Source: Candidatus Thorarchaeota archaeon (GTDB taxonomy: Archaea > Asgardarchaeota > Thorarchaeia > Thorarchaeales > Thorarchaeaceae). Taken from it: 64,000 nucleotides of DNA. How positions within the stretch are numbered: position 1 is the first letter of the stretch; the number at the start of each line of letters is the position of its first letter. The stretch spans positions 38,640 through 102,639 of the forward strand of contig DXJO01000039.1 of NCBI GenBank assembly GCA_019057475.1, given 5' to 3'. Positions 1 through 9,593 of this stretch are shown one piece after another. The notes under the pieces are model-generated. The model was not told where the DNA came from. It saw only the letters and a program-made list of their open reading frames with translations, and ran no database searches. The position numbers were made by a program, and so were the translations under genes.

Positions 1-405
1 TTCTGCCAGAACCCGCGGAGGATCAGCAGCAGAATCCACTGATAGAGACTGTTTTGTTCGGACTAAGCTGAAGCGCATCCCGATAATCTCATCGATTGTC
101 CTGTTAAGCCAAAGATCAGGGCGCTCCATCAGGGCGGTCTCTTCACCTTTAATCGGCGGAATCAATGGTCCAATCAAAACTTTCGGATAGCCATGTTCGC
201 CCACAAAAACTGACGGGGGCGAAGAACCTGTAAGAGTCAAATTCGTGACTGCGTCATCGATGCGGACCAATGCCTTTGCTCTCATTAACAAGGGACAAGG
301 TTTCACTCCACACAGCGCGCGGTGACCCATACACCTGGAGCAGACTCGCTCATCATATGATGTGACTCTTTTCTTGCTGCCCACAAGGGGTGTCTGTGTC
401 AACAC
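1..405 (-). CDS. nreA: Nre family DNA repair protein, N-terminal part (runs off window start)
   Basis: Not in ORF track. Manual translation from GTG at 405 (AGGAG upstream) gives ...CSRCMGHRALCGVKPCPLL...GSSPPSVFVGEHGYPKVLIGP..., the Cys cluster and GSSPPSVFVGxxGYPKV signature of archaeal Nre. Confidence 0.9.
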   Translation of the reverse strand, partial: MLTQTPLVGSKKRVTSYDERVCSRCMGHRALCGVKPCPLLMRAKALVRIDDAVTNLTLTGSSPPSVFVGEHGYPKVLIGPLIPPIKGEETALMERPDLWLNRTIDEIIGMRFSLVRTKQSLSVDSAADPPRVLAE

Positions 406-499
406 ATTGACTCCTTGAACTCAGTTCAAATAGTGGCTTCTTGCTGCGTTCTGTTGGTTCTACTGCACTTCTACATCCCAGAGAGTACACCGAAACTAT

Positions 500-829
500 A
501 TGACTGAAGTGATTGCTACAGATGAACAGATGACAACGAGAAGAAAGTCTATTGCTGAGCTGCTGGAGAAATCTGAGCATCCAATGACTGCGCATGACAT
601 CTGCAGTATTCTCGATATAGAAAGCCGGTCGATTGTGTACGAAGACATTGGGCATATCGCGAAATCCGTAAAGAACTCCGGAAAGGAGGTACTAATCCGA
701 CCTGCAAGCTGCGGTAAGTGTGGGTATGTCTTCTCAAGTCGCAAGGTGGCAAGCAGGCCTTCAAAGTGTCCCAAGTGTCGTTCTCAGTGGATATTGCTAC
801 CGGGTTATCTCATCCGTTCCAAGCGCTAA
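500..829 (+). CDS. HTH + Zn-ribbon transcriptional regulator (COG3357-like)
   Basis: TRRKSIAELL..VYEDIGHIAKS HTH followed by PASCGKCGYVF..PSKCPKCRS. Confidence 0.85.
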   Translation: MTEVIATDEQMTTRRKSIAELLEKSEHPMTAHDICSILDIESRSIVYEDIGHIAKSVKNSGKEVLIRPASCGKCGYVFSSRKVASRPSKCPKCRSQWILLPGYLIRSKR

Positions 830-1138
830 TCAGTCCTCGAACCGATGTACTTTCTGAATGCCGGCCCCTTCATGCTTGATGTCGGAAACTCTAGTCACTA
901 CGAAATCTGACAACCCATACTCTGCCTCCTCAACATAACCATGAAGAATGACCTTCATGCCAACCCGAGGTAAGAACTGATTTCGATCCATGACTTTAGC
1001 AGAGAGCTTGACGCTGTACGTCTGTGTGGTAGATTCATCCTGAACGACGATTGTTGTGGAGCCATACCATCTTTGCGCACTGATTCTTGTTGTAGTGCTG
1101 CGACCAATCTCCCGTATGATTCCCCTTACAACAGTCAC
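830..1138 (-). CDS. Small OB-fold-like hypothetical protein
   Basis: Beta-rich pattern VRGIIREI...IVVQDE...VGMKVILHGYV; begins 2 bp after the endoQ stop. Confidence 0.55.
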   Translation of the reverse strand: MTVVRGIIREIGRSTTTRISAQRWYGSTTIVVQDESTTQTYSVKLSAKVMDRNQFLPRVGMKVILHGYVEEAEYGLSDFVVTRVSDIKHEGAGIQKVHRFED

Positions 1139-1140
1139 GG

Positions 1141-2421
1141 CTAACTCACTTCCCAGGGAGCGATAATCGAACCGTACCGGCCTCCACCCCCAGCCACATA
1201 GCCTACTGAGCCATCCCTATATGATTCTATCACGTGAGCAATCCGCGAGTTGAATGCCCTCAACGATTCGATAGGAGTTTCAGTCAGGATTACAGTTTCA
1301 GGGCCAAAAGACTCTCTCATGCTCTTGTAAGCGCTCATGACTGTCTTAGACTTTGTCGAGCGTACACCAAGTCCAACAGAGATTACCTCTAGCAATGGAG
1401 GGATGTGAAGGTAAGGCGGCCGATGGAGTGGCGAACAACTTTGACCATCGCCTAACATGAGCGCGCGGTCTCTTACACCAAGCCTCAAACGTTTGCCATC
1501 AGCAGGACAGCGCACATTCCTTTTGTGTATGTCTTGGAGCAACAGCATCTTCTCATCACTAGTCCTGCAGTGGATGTAGATGTTGATATCATCGAATTCC
1601 GGATAGTCGAACCCAGTCCCAAGGACCAAAGTCCTTCTACAGGATGAACAGAATGATAGGTAGTACTTACCGAGGCGCGGGTTGAAGCCAACATTTAGAG
1701 TTGGTTTGCGGCCCTTCTTCCTTAGGATAGCAAGCTTCAGTTCTTCAAAGGTTGGTGCTTTCATCAGGAATCGAACAAACTCCCTGCCGATCTTGTCGGG
1801 AGTTGGCGAATGTGCGTCGCTGGAAGTGATGTATGTCAGTCGCCTTAGCTCGGGAATGCAGTCAGCAATCTCTGTATCCGCAGAGAGTCCGAGCTCTAGG
1901 AAGTGGATATTCGGCGTTTCATCTCCGTAGCAATCTTTTAGGCTGTCATGTTTCCCCTCTCTAAAGATTGACCTAAAAGGGGTGAATGCGTGTGCAGGTC
2001 CGATGAGACCACCCACGTCTCGCACCATACCGGCCAGCTCCTCTCCGCTCACATTGACACGAGGACGCCCACCCCATTCAGCATCAAGATTTGGGGAATG
2101 TGGACGCAAAACGCTCCGTAGGTTTTCCACAGACTCAAAGTCAGGCAGAATGACAACATGATGAACCGCCTCTTCGTCCTCTATCTCCACCGTTAGGATG
2201 AACGCAACTGATCCTGTCGTCAAGATCCCTCTCTTCTCATTTAGATGAGTCCTAAGATGGTCAAGCCAATCGGGCTGGGTCGCATCACCAGTGCCAAGAA
2301 CTGCAAGACCCTTCTCGATTGCACCCTGTGTAAGCGCGGGAATAGTCATGTGTTTACTTACGCCTATTGAGTGAAGCGAGTGTATGTGCAGGTCGACGTC
2401 GTATTCTTCCATGTGCCCCAT
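1141..2421 (-). CDS. endoQ: Endonuclease Q family PHP protein (TIGR00375-like)
   Basis: DLHIHS, GTGD, HHVVILP, GPAHAFTP, ELGLSAD, SDAHSP..KIGRE, LGKYY-CxxC, GGGGRYG motifs. Confidence 0.88.
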   Translation of the reverse strand: MGHMEEYDVDLHIHSLHSIGVSKHMTIPALTQGAIEKGLAVLGTGDATQPDWLDHLRTHLNEKRGILTTGSVAFILTVEIEDEEAVHHVVILPDFESVENLRSVLRPHSPNLDAEWGGRPRVNVSGEELAGMVRDVGGLIGPAHAFTPFRSIFREGKHDSLKDCYGDETPNIHFLELGLSADTEIADCIPELRRLTYITSSDAHSPTPDKIGREFVRFLMKAPTFEELKLAILRKKGRKPTLNVGFNPRLGKYYLSFCSSCRRTLVLGTGFDYPEFDDINIYIHCRTSDEKMLLLQDIHKRNVRCPADGKRLRLGVRDRALMLGDGQSCSPLHRPPYLHIPPLLEVISVGLGVRSTKSKTVMSAYKSMRESFGPETVILTETPIESLRAFNSRIAHVIESYRDGSVGYVAGGGGRYGSIIAPWEVS

Positions 2422-2429
2422 CTGTCTCC

Positions 2430-3419
2430 TCAGATGTTCACGAGGACCTTCGTTACGTTAGGCTGACTGGCGTGCTCAAAAGCCTTGAGACCTTCCTCGA
2501 GAGGAAACTTTTTGCTGACCAATCGATTCACCTCGATTCTGCCTTTGGATAGCATGTCCAATGCCTTGTTGTATGGACCTCTGCTGGTGCCCACGATTCT
2601 AATCTCACGGTTCACAATCTCAGTGGCATTGATTCGAACGCCGTTGCCGTGCATACTCTTGAGCGCGATTGTTCCGCGGCTCCTTACGATTTCGAGTGCC
2701 ATTGCGAATCCGTCAGGAGTGCCTGTGGCTTCAACAACTAAGGCCGGGCCTACTCCGGAAGTAGCTTTCAGAACCGCCTTCTTCCAATCCGTTTCTTCCG
2801 TGTTAATCGTGTTTGTGAGGCCAAGCTGTCTTCCGATGCCCAGTTGGTAGCGGTTGCGATCCAACAAGAGTACGTCAGCACCGGTTGCATCGTATATCTG
2901 AGAGATGAGTAAACCTAGCTTGCCACTTCCGATAACTAGGACAACTTCCCCAGGTCCAACCGGAGAGTCGATTTGCGTCTGAATGGCCGAAGCTAAAGGC
3001 TCGACAAAAGTGCCAGCTACCATGTCTACACCTTCAGGGAGTAGATGGACTAGGTCGGCAGGTACACTGAGGTATTCTCTCAACCCGCCGTCTGCCGTGA
3101 TTCCAAGAGTCTGCTTCGCGATGCAGAGATGCTTGAGGTGATTCTTGCAGTACCAGCAGCGACTGCAAGCCAGATCTATTTCAGTCGTTACCATAGCCCC
3201 TGGTGTAAACTCGGACATGGAGCTTTCATGGACAACCCCAGCAATCTCGCGTCCGAGGATTATCGGCAATGGTGTGTCGAGGTCACCATTCCAGATGGCA
3301 AGGTCGGTACCACTAATCCCCACTGATCTGACCTCTATTCTCACATCTCCGGGCATAAGTGGCGTGATAGGTGTGTCAGCCAACTGTAGACCATCACGCG
3401 TTAAGACTAGAGATTGCAT
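2430..3419 (-). CDS. MDR (Zn-dependent alcohol dehydrogenase-like) protein, catalytic Zn ligands substituted
   Basis: Structural Zn CSRCWYC..C, VEPLA, GSGKLG Rossmann motif; GISGTD/GRE in place of GICGTD/GHE. Confidence 0.85.
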   Translation of the reverse strand: MQSLVLTRDGLQLADTPITPLMPGDVRIEVRSVGISGTDLAIWNGDLDTPLPIILGREIAGVVHESSMSEFTPGAMVTTEIDLACSRCWYCKNHLKHLCIAKQTLGITADGGLREYLSVPADLVHLLPEGVDMVAGTFVEPLASAIQTQIDSPVGPGEVVLVIGSGKLGLLISQIYDATGADVLLLDRNRYQLGIGRQLGLTNTINTEETDWKKAVLKATSGVGPALVVEATGTPDGFAMALEIVRSRGTIALKSMHGNGVRINATEIVNREIRIVGTSRGPYNKALDMLSKGRIEVNRLVSKKFPLEEGLKAFEHASQPNVTKVLVNI

Positions 3420-3571
3420 AGTTGTACCCTCAGCAAGGAAACTGGTTCTCTACTAGCACAATAAACCCTTCGATTACGTTGAATTTGAAACTGCCGCGTG
3501 AGAGCCTGTAGGGAGTTTCACTTATCTGGTACCGATATTAGTAGCTAGTGTGAAAAAGGAGGCCAAGGTTA

Positions 3572-4636
3572 GTGGTTCGCTTTGGAATTGAGTTCGTACC
3601 TGACAAGCCAGTAGACAAGATAGTTCATTGGGCCAAGCTCGCTGAGAAGAACGGTTTTGACATCGTCTGGCTCACAGATCACTACAACAATCGCAACGTA
3701 TGGTCAACATTAACGGTTATTGCATTGAACACAAGCAGGGTCATCATTGGTCCGGGGGTTTCGAATCCATATCACATGAGCCCGGCCCTTTCAGCATCAG
3801 CAGCAGTCACTCTCAATGAGATAAGCAATGGACGGGCGGCAATAGGTTTCGGTGCTGGAGATAGGACTACACTCAACAGTATCGGCATCGATTGGGTCAA
3901 GCCAGTTTCAACTGTTGTTGAGTGCATAGAGTATGTCAGAGCACTGACGGAAGGACGAAGGTTCACACTCGACGGGAAAGCCTTCAAGATTAGAGGAGCA
4001 AAGCTGAGCATCGTGAAGCGTGAGGATGCACTAGATGACAAGGGTAACCCTGTGCTGAAAGATGGGAAGCCTATCAAGCGTGGACCAAAGATACCTATCT
4101 ATGCAGGAGCGCAAGGGTCCCAGATGCTAAAGCGTACTGCAATGGTCGCTGATGGAATCCTCATCAATGCTAGTCATCTCAAGGACTTCAAGATCGCATT
4201 GGAGAAGATAAGAGAGGGAGCTGAAGAGGCAGGTCGTGATCTATCCGATATCGATGTCGGGGTGTATGCCGCGTGCAGCATCGGAGAAACGTATGACGAA
4301 GCGTTGAAGGGGGATTTGAAGACAGTCGTTGCATTCATAGTTGCTAGTTCCCCGGAGGTGATACTAAATAGACACGGAATTGATGCAGATTCCTGCAAGC
4401 GTGTCAGGAAACTCCTTGGGGAGGGTAACTTCAAGGAGTTGCCCAAAGCAATCTCTGAAGGAATGCTGGAGGCATTCTCGATAGTTGGAGATAGCAGGCA
4501 ATGTATCAGTCGCATAGAGGGTCTAGTGAAGGCGGGGATGACTCAAATGGTAATAGGCTCGCCCATAGGGCCAGACAAATCAAAAGCCATAAAACAGATC
4601 GGGCGGGACATCATCCCACACTTTAAGGCAATGTAA
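3572..4636 (+). CDS. mer: F420-dependent 5,10-methylenetetrahydromethanopterin reductase
   Basis: RFGIEFVP, WLTDHYNNRNV, GPGVSNPY, GAQGSQML, DGILINASH, GSPIGPDK; AGGAGG SD upstream. Confidence 0.92.
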   Translation: MVRFGIEFVPDKPVDKIVHWAKLAEKNGFDIVWLTDHYNNRNVWSTLTVIALNTSRVIIGPGVSNPYHMSPALSASAAVTLNEISNGRAAIGFGAGDRTTLNSIGIDWVKPVSTVVECIEYVRALTEGRRFTLDGKAFKIRGAKLSIVKREDALDDKGNPVLKDGKPIKRGPKIPIYAGAQGSQMLKRTAMVADGILINASHLKDFKIALEKIREGAEEAGRDLSDIDVGVYAACSIGETYDEALKGDLKTVVAFIVASSPEVILNRHGIDADSCKRVRKLLGEGNFKELPKAISEGMLEAFSIVGDSRQCISRIEGLVKAGMTQMVIGSPIGPDKSKAIKQIGRDIIPHFKAM

Positions 4637-4698
4637 CTCTACGACACTAAGTCCATGCTCAACTAGTCTGGCAACTCACAAGGGAAGGAAACCCTTTT

Positions 4699-5736
4699 GT
4701 GAGCGAAATGATGAAGTCGGATGGTCAAGACATGCCCACTCTTAGCCTGAAAAAGCACGGGACCGGCATAGCCCTAGAATACGGTAAGGTAAAGCTGGCA
4801 CTTGACACCGGGGTGCAGGGTGCGACAACTCTTCTTTCTCATTCACATACAGACCATATTGGCAGACTTAACCGAGCGGACCAAGTCATTGGAACCAAAG
4901 GAACCTTCGACACCTATTCTGCGCGAGGAGGAAAACTACCTGCTAACCGAATCGTTGTTGAATATCAGCAGGTGACATTTCTCAATGGAGCCGACATTAC
5001 GGCCATCAATGCAGGACATGTGCTGGGCTCAACGATGTTCCTAATCGAGTTTGAAGACGGCCTGAGAGCATTGTTTACAGGAGACTTCAATGTTGTTGAT
5101 AGCATTGTGCACGAACGTGCTCGTCCGGTCAAGGCGGATGTACTGATTACTGAAGCGACCTACGGTTCACCCTCTTGGATTTTTCCAAGCAGAGTCGAAA
5201 CACATGAAAACATCTTGAAGGCCGCCGCCAACAGTCTTGCTGAAGGGGTCAACCCGTTGTTCAATGCATACTCTTTGAGAAAAGCCCAAGAAGTAATCGC
5301 TCTTCTACAAGGTCGGGGGATAAGCGTGGTTTCAGGAAATCGTAGCATTGACCAAGTATGTAAAGTATACAACCGCCACGGCTTCGACCTAAAACAGGTT
5401 CCCGTCACTTCAAAAGACCTCGCCCATCTCATTGAAAGGGGCTGCGCAATCGTGACTTCTTCACCTCGACATACTGAACAGCATATTCGCAGGATGCTTG
5501 GGAAGATGGAGAGCAGAACAATTATGGACAGAATGAAATCTTACTTTCTTTCAGGTTGGACGCTTGGCAAGTTCAGACAACGCGGTTTCCCTTTAAGCGC
5601 ACATTCTGACTATCTAGGACTTTTGGAATTCGCCAAGGGAGTTGATCCCAAGGTCGTCTACTGTTTCACAGAAAACGCGCGTGAGTTCTCAGGGCATCTT
5701 GCAACGGCGGGATTGAATGCAGTGCCACTGGAGTAG
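4699..5736 (+). CDS. Metallo-beta-lactamase/beta-CASP family nuclease
   Basis: SHSHTDH, AGHVLGS, FTGDF, EATYG, LSAHSD. Confidence 0.88.
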   Translation: MSEMMKSDGQDMPTLSLKKHGTGIALEYGKVKLALDTGVQGATTLLSHSHTDHIGRLNRADQVIGTKGTFDTYSARGGKLPANRIVVEYQQVTFLNGADITAINAGHVLGSTMFLIEFEDGLRALFTGDFNVVDSIVHERARPVKADVLITEATYGSPSWIFPSRVETHENILKAAANSLAEGVNPLFNAYSLRKAQEVIALLQGRGISVVSGNRSIDQVCKVYNRHGFDLKQVPVTSKDLAHLIERGCAIVTSSPRHTEQHIRRMLGKMESRTIMDRMKSYFLSGWTLGKFRQRGFPLSAHSDYLGLLEFAKGVDPKVVYCFTENAREFSGHLATAGLNAVPLE

Positions 5737-6300
5737 GTGAATGGTTTGTTGAACGAACTCTCTGAATTGGTTGAACCTGTTCATGCTGAATCATTTTTCT
5801 CGGTATCAAGAACAGGAGAGATACACGAAAGACTCTCCTACGAGTATGCTGACGCCGAAGGATACTATCGAAAAGTAGTTCGCAATCAGGACCTCCTAAC
5901 AAAGGAAGTTGAGAAGCTCGCCGCGAACATGCAATTCTATCTCGATAAGGAGCGCGTCGAGATTAACGACGAGAAAGTTAAGTCGAAGGTCAGCATGTGT
6001 GACATCTTTCCCAAGGGTGCAACAGAGGTAGTCGCAGTTATTTTTCTCATAGATTTCACGGGCAAGTTCAAGCCAAGCAAAAACAAGATTGTCACTTGGC
6101 TCGAGGAGGAAACCGCACCCTATGACTTTGAGATTCAATGGCGTTTTCCTTTGGGGACACGCATTGTCGAGATCGATACGTTACTTGAATACGAAATCTA
6201 CGACGACATAGTGACGCTATGGGCTACCGAGGGACAATATGTCGGAGGTTATGAACGCATGGAGTTCGTGCTGCCGGAGGTATCGCTTGATGCAGATTAG
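5737..6300 (+). CDS. Conserved archaeal hypothetical protein
   Basis: 187-aa ORF abutting the upstream gene; protein-like composition. Confidence 0.7.
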   Translation: MNGLLNELSELVEPVHAESFFSVSRTGEIHERLSYEYADAEGYYRKVVRNQDLLTKEVEKLAANMQFYLDKERVEINDEKVKSKVSMCDIFPKGATEVVAVIFLIDFTGKFKPSKNKIVTWLEEETAPYDFEIQWRFPLGTRIVEIDTLLEYEIYDDIVTLWATEGQYVGGYERMEFVLPEVSLDAD

Positions 6301-6541
6301 CGGCTTATTCGGTATCATAGGACTGTCATTAGTGGTTCTAGGCATCGTGGTCATTCTTCTGGGCGTGGCCTTTGTTATGCGTCAGTCGAGCCAAGGAAAC
6401 ACAGAGGTCCGGAGAGAAAGCAAGGGCATAATCCTGTTGGGGCCAATACCAATCGTCTGGGGATACGGGAAAAAGGGGTGGGCTGTAGCAATCATTATGG
6501 GGATAATGCTCGTCCTTGTGTGGTTCATGTTCCGTGGCTAA
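6290..6541 (+). CDS. DUF131 (TIGR00304-like) small membrane protein
   Basis: GIILLGPIPIVWG signature between two TM helices; start reassigned to ATG 6290. Confidence 0.82.
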   Translation: MQISGLFGIIGLSLVVLGIVVILLGVAFVMRQSSQGNTEVRRESKGIILLGPIPIVWGYGKKGWAVAIIMGIMLVLVWFMFRG

Positions 6542-6648
6542 TCGATATGGTATATTCTTGGACATTATATTATCGAATGTAGGTATTACCTATGGAGTAC
6601 GAAACCTCATAGATATAGAATAACTCTGTCTATTGGAGACAAACTCTC

Positions 6649-6906
6649 ATGATATTCAAATGCAGAAACTGCGGTGACACATCAGCTGACATCGATATGG
6701 TACTCGATGGCACATGCCATTGTGGATGTACCCACTTCCAGTTGGCTTCTGAAGACTTACCCGGAGTATCCAAGGAGATTTCACAGAAAGAGCAGATACG
6801 AAGAGACCTACATCTCTGGGTAGACCTCAACCTAGATTCTATGGAGTCAAGTGACATCGGAAGTATCCGAGTCGCTTTCGAGTGCGAGAATCCAAAGATG
6901 ACTTGA
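6649..6906 (+). CDS. Small Zn-ribbon protein (OapC/DUF2072-like N-terminus)
   Basis: CRNC...LDGTCHCGCTHF. Confidence 0.6.
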   Translation: MIFKCRNCGDTSADIDMVLDGTCHCGCTHFQLASEDLPGVSKEISQKEQIRRDLHLWVDLNLDSMESSDIGSIRVAFECENPKMT

Positions 6907-6920
6907 ATGCGTGAGTTCTA

Positions 6921-9539
6921 CTATTCTGGCGTTTTCGAATTCAGGGGGCGTTCTATTCGGGAGATTTGCCCCTCTATCTCTTCATTAATATCGGTCTCGC
7001 CAGCAACGGCAGCGATTCTCTGAACTGCTTTGAGATTGTGAATCAAAGTGTCCAACCATGAAAAGAGGTCTCCAGGGTACGCCCACAGCTCGTATTTCTC
7101 GTGTAATTCTTGGGCAATGCCTGACGGGTTAAGGCCCTTCTTTCTGGCGTCCACAATCCATCGACCCAGCTTGATGTGACCGTGGCTGCACTCTGGGAAA
7201 TCCCGACAACCGCATCCAAAGAAATCCAATGTCCATCGTCCGAACAACTCAAACACCCACTTCGGAAGCCTAGTGGCACCTCCACGTGGTTGCCTCATAT
7301 CAGTTAGGTCTGCAAACACGCCCGAGAAAAGGCGCGTTGGCATATGGGTCCGGAATGCTGAGTTAACTTCGCTCTGAAGCTTGGGACTGAGATAGACATT
7401 CTCGAAGGGGTCAAGCAAGATGGCGATATCGAGCACATCCATTGAGGTCACTTGCTTCTGAACCTCAAATCCAGATGTAGGTGTTAGGAATGACACTGAC
7501 GTTGCCCGTCCCAGCGGAGTCGGATGTGCACCACCCTCGCGAACACGAATCATGTGTTTCCTTACGAGATGCTTCAAGGCATCAGAGGGGGGAATACTTC
7601 TTGAAAGCATCTTGTTGTAGGCTCGGGCGACTGCTTTCAACTCCACCAGTCCGGTTGAGCATATTGTTGCAAGAATTTGCTCTGCGCAGGCTTCGGTGTC
7701 CGCGAATGGTTCAACGTCCTCAACGATGCCTGCAAGCAACTCTGACGCTATCTCATCCTCAGTCTTGCTTTGTCCTCCATGGTACTTCCGCTCGGGCTCA
7801 ACAATGATGTACACTTTTCCTCGATCATGCTTTCCGAGCCTTCCTGCTCTCCCTAGCATCTGCTCAAACGCTGCTGTAGTGAGCCATTCAGCACCCATTG
7901 CTAGAGATTCAAAAATAACCTGAGAGGCTGGGAGGTCAACTCCAGCCCCGAGAGCTGCAGTCGTGACCACGCATGCGTACCGTTGTTTAGCGAAAGACCA
8001 CTCAACACTCCTCCTCCGCGAGTACGAGAGACCTCCATGATATACAACACTTGAAACGTGATGCTCCCTGAGCCAGTCAGCTAAAGCTTGAGCTCGTCGA
8101 CGAGAGAATGTGAAGATAATTGATTGTCCTTTGGCCCCTGAACTGCTTACGTGTCGGAACTCGTTTGAAACCAACCTTTGGATTATGGATCGCTTATCCA
8201 CATCACTTCGAGCGAAGATCAAGTGACGCTCGAGCGGAACTGGACGACCTACGTAGTTAACGAGTTTTAGCTTCATATCCTTGGCCAGACGATCAGGAGA
8301 CCCCACTGTGGCAGAGAGCGCTATGACTTGGGCATCAGGGGCATAAAAGTGCAGCCTTGCAAGCAGGCCATCCAGCTCTGGACCCCGGTCCGGGTCGGCA
8401 AGGTTCTGAACCTCGTCCACTATGATTGTGCCAATCGTTCCTAGTTCCTTGGATGCTCCTGTTCTAAGGAGCACGTCTAGCGCTTCGTAGGTTGCACAGA
8501 TGATATCGGACCTGGAAACGCTAGTATCGACGATTACAGGATGTTCTTTACTAACAGCAAGGCGCGACATGCCAACGCGAATACCAACGCGGAGCCCAAG
8601 AGACTTGTAACGTTTCTTAAACACCTCATATTTCTCATTGGTGAGGGCAACGAGCGGCGAGAGGTATAACATTTTAGCGCCGTTCATGGCTTTAGGTACT
8701 CCAGCTATCTCCGCAAGGAGCGTTTTCCCTGATGAGGTGGACGACACAATAAGCAAGCTAACTCCATCAAGCAAACCTGCATCCACAACCATCTCCTGTA
8801 CAGGTAGAAGTTTCGTAAACCCGTCAGAGATTAGGAGATTCTTCAGTTTAGCGGGAAGCGCAAGCTCATTTACTTCTCTACCCGCTATAATGTCCCCAAC
8901 ATCAATAGTATCAATCAGTGTAAGTTCAGGCTCTTTTACAGGGTCGAAACCAGGAGTAAGGAGTCCCATCATGCGGGGTACTGATTTAACGGATGCAAGT
9001 TGCTTCTCTAGGTGGTTGATCATTCCCTTTGAAAGGTGGATGCCAAGGCTCTTCATATCAGTTCGGAAATCTATTCGGGCACAAGTAACGCATGCCACCT
9101 GATCTTCTGTCACTTTGATTGCATTTCGTCTAGTCAGTATGGTGAGTTGCTCTTTGCGCAGGCAGCCCTCACACACTTGCACTACACGAGGCTCAACGGT
9201 TTGAAGGCGCTGGAGCAGATCCTTCAATTTATCAGTGAACGCGGGTTTCTGTTTCCGTGGGATAATTATGTTCTTAGCTTTCCGGAGAAACTGATGAAAC
9301 TTTTTGGGTTGATAGTAGATAGGCTTGTTATATTTTACAAACCAAGCACGCTTAATCTCCAATAGGTCAGACGTTCGATGCCCATACTCAACCATTCCCG
9401 AGAGACGTGCACGTTGTCGATCAAGCAGAACGTCAGAGAAAACATCAACTCTGGTCGTTAGGTCTTGGCGGCCTGCCCGGAAGACAATCGTGTAGGGCTT
9501 GGCCAACTGCCTTTCAATATCTGCTTCCGCGACTTCCAA
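6921..9539 (-). CDS. Archaea-specific SF2 Ski2-like DExH helicase (COG1202/ASH-Ski2 type)
   Basis: STSSGKT, PLVAL, DEVQ, LSAT, QMLGRAGR; N-terminal CxxC pairs and C-terminal CGC..PEC module. Confidence 0.9.
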   Translation of the reverse strand: MEVAEADIERQLAKPYTIVFRAGRQDLTTRVDVFSDVLLDRQRARLSGMVEYGHRTSDLLEIKRAWFVKYNKPIYYQPKKFHQFLRKAKNIIIPRKQKPAFTDKLKDLLQRLQTVEPRVVQVCEGCLRKEQLTILTRRNAIKVTEDQVACVTCARIDFRTDMKSLGIHLSKGMINHLEKQLASVKSVPRMMGLLTPGFDPVKEPELTLIDTIDVGDIIAGREVNELALPAKLKNLLISDGFTKLLPVQEMVVDAGLLDGVSLLIVSSTSSGKTLLAEIAGVPKAMNGAKMLYLSPLVALTNEKYEVFKKRYKSLGLRVGIRVGMSRLAVSKEHPVIVDTSVSRSDIICATYEALDVLLRTGASKELGTIGTIIVDEVQNLADPDRGPELDGLLARLHFYAPDAQVIALSATVGSPDRLAKDMKLKLVNYVGRPVPLERHLIFARSDVDKRSIIQRLVSNEFRHVSSSGAKGQSIIFTFSRRRAQALADWLREHHVSSVVYHGGLSYSRRRSVEWSFAKQRYACVVTTAALGAGVDLPASQVIFESLAMGAEWLTTAAFEQMLGRAGRLGKHDRGKVYIIVEPERKYHGGQSKTEDEIASELLAGIVEDVEPFADTEACAEQILATICSTGLVELKAVARAYNKMLSRSIPPSDALKHLVRKHMIRVREGGAHPTPLGRATSVSFLTPTSGFEVQKQVTSMDVLDIAILLDPFENVYLSPKLQSEVNSAFRTHMPTRLFSGVFADLTDMRQPRGGATRLPKWVFELFGRWTLDFFGCGCRDFPECSHGHIKLGRWIVDARKKGLNPSGIAQELHEKYELWAYPGDLFSWLDTLIHNLKAVQRIAAVAGETDINEEIEGQISRIERPLNSKTPE

Positions 9540-9593
9540 CTGATGGACCTCAACATGTCCCGAACCTAAACACCAAAGACTCTTCCGGAAGAA

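Noticed and set aside
6542-6648. Replication origin
   Set aside because: Too short, no recognisable ORB/G-string repeats and no cdc6/orc1 nearby
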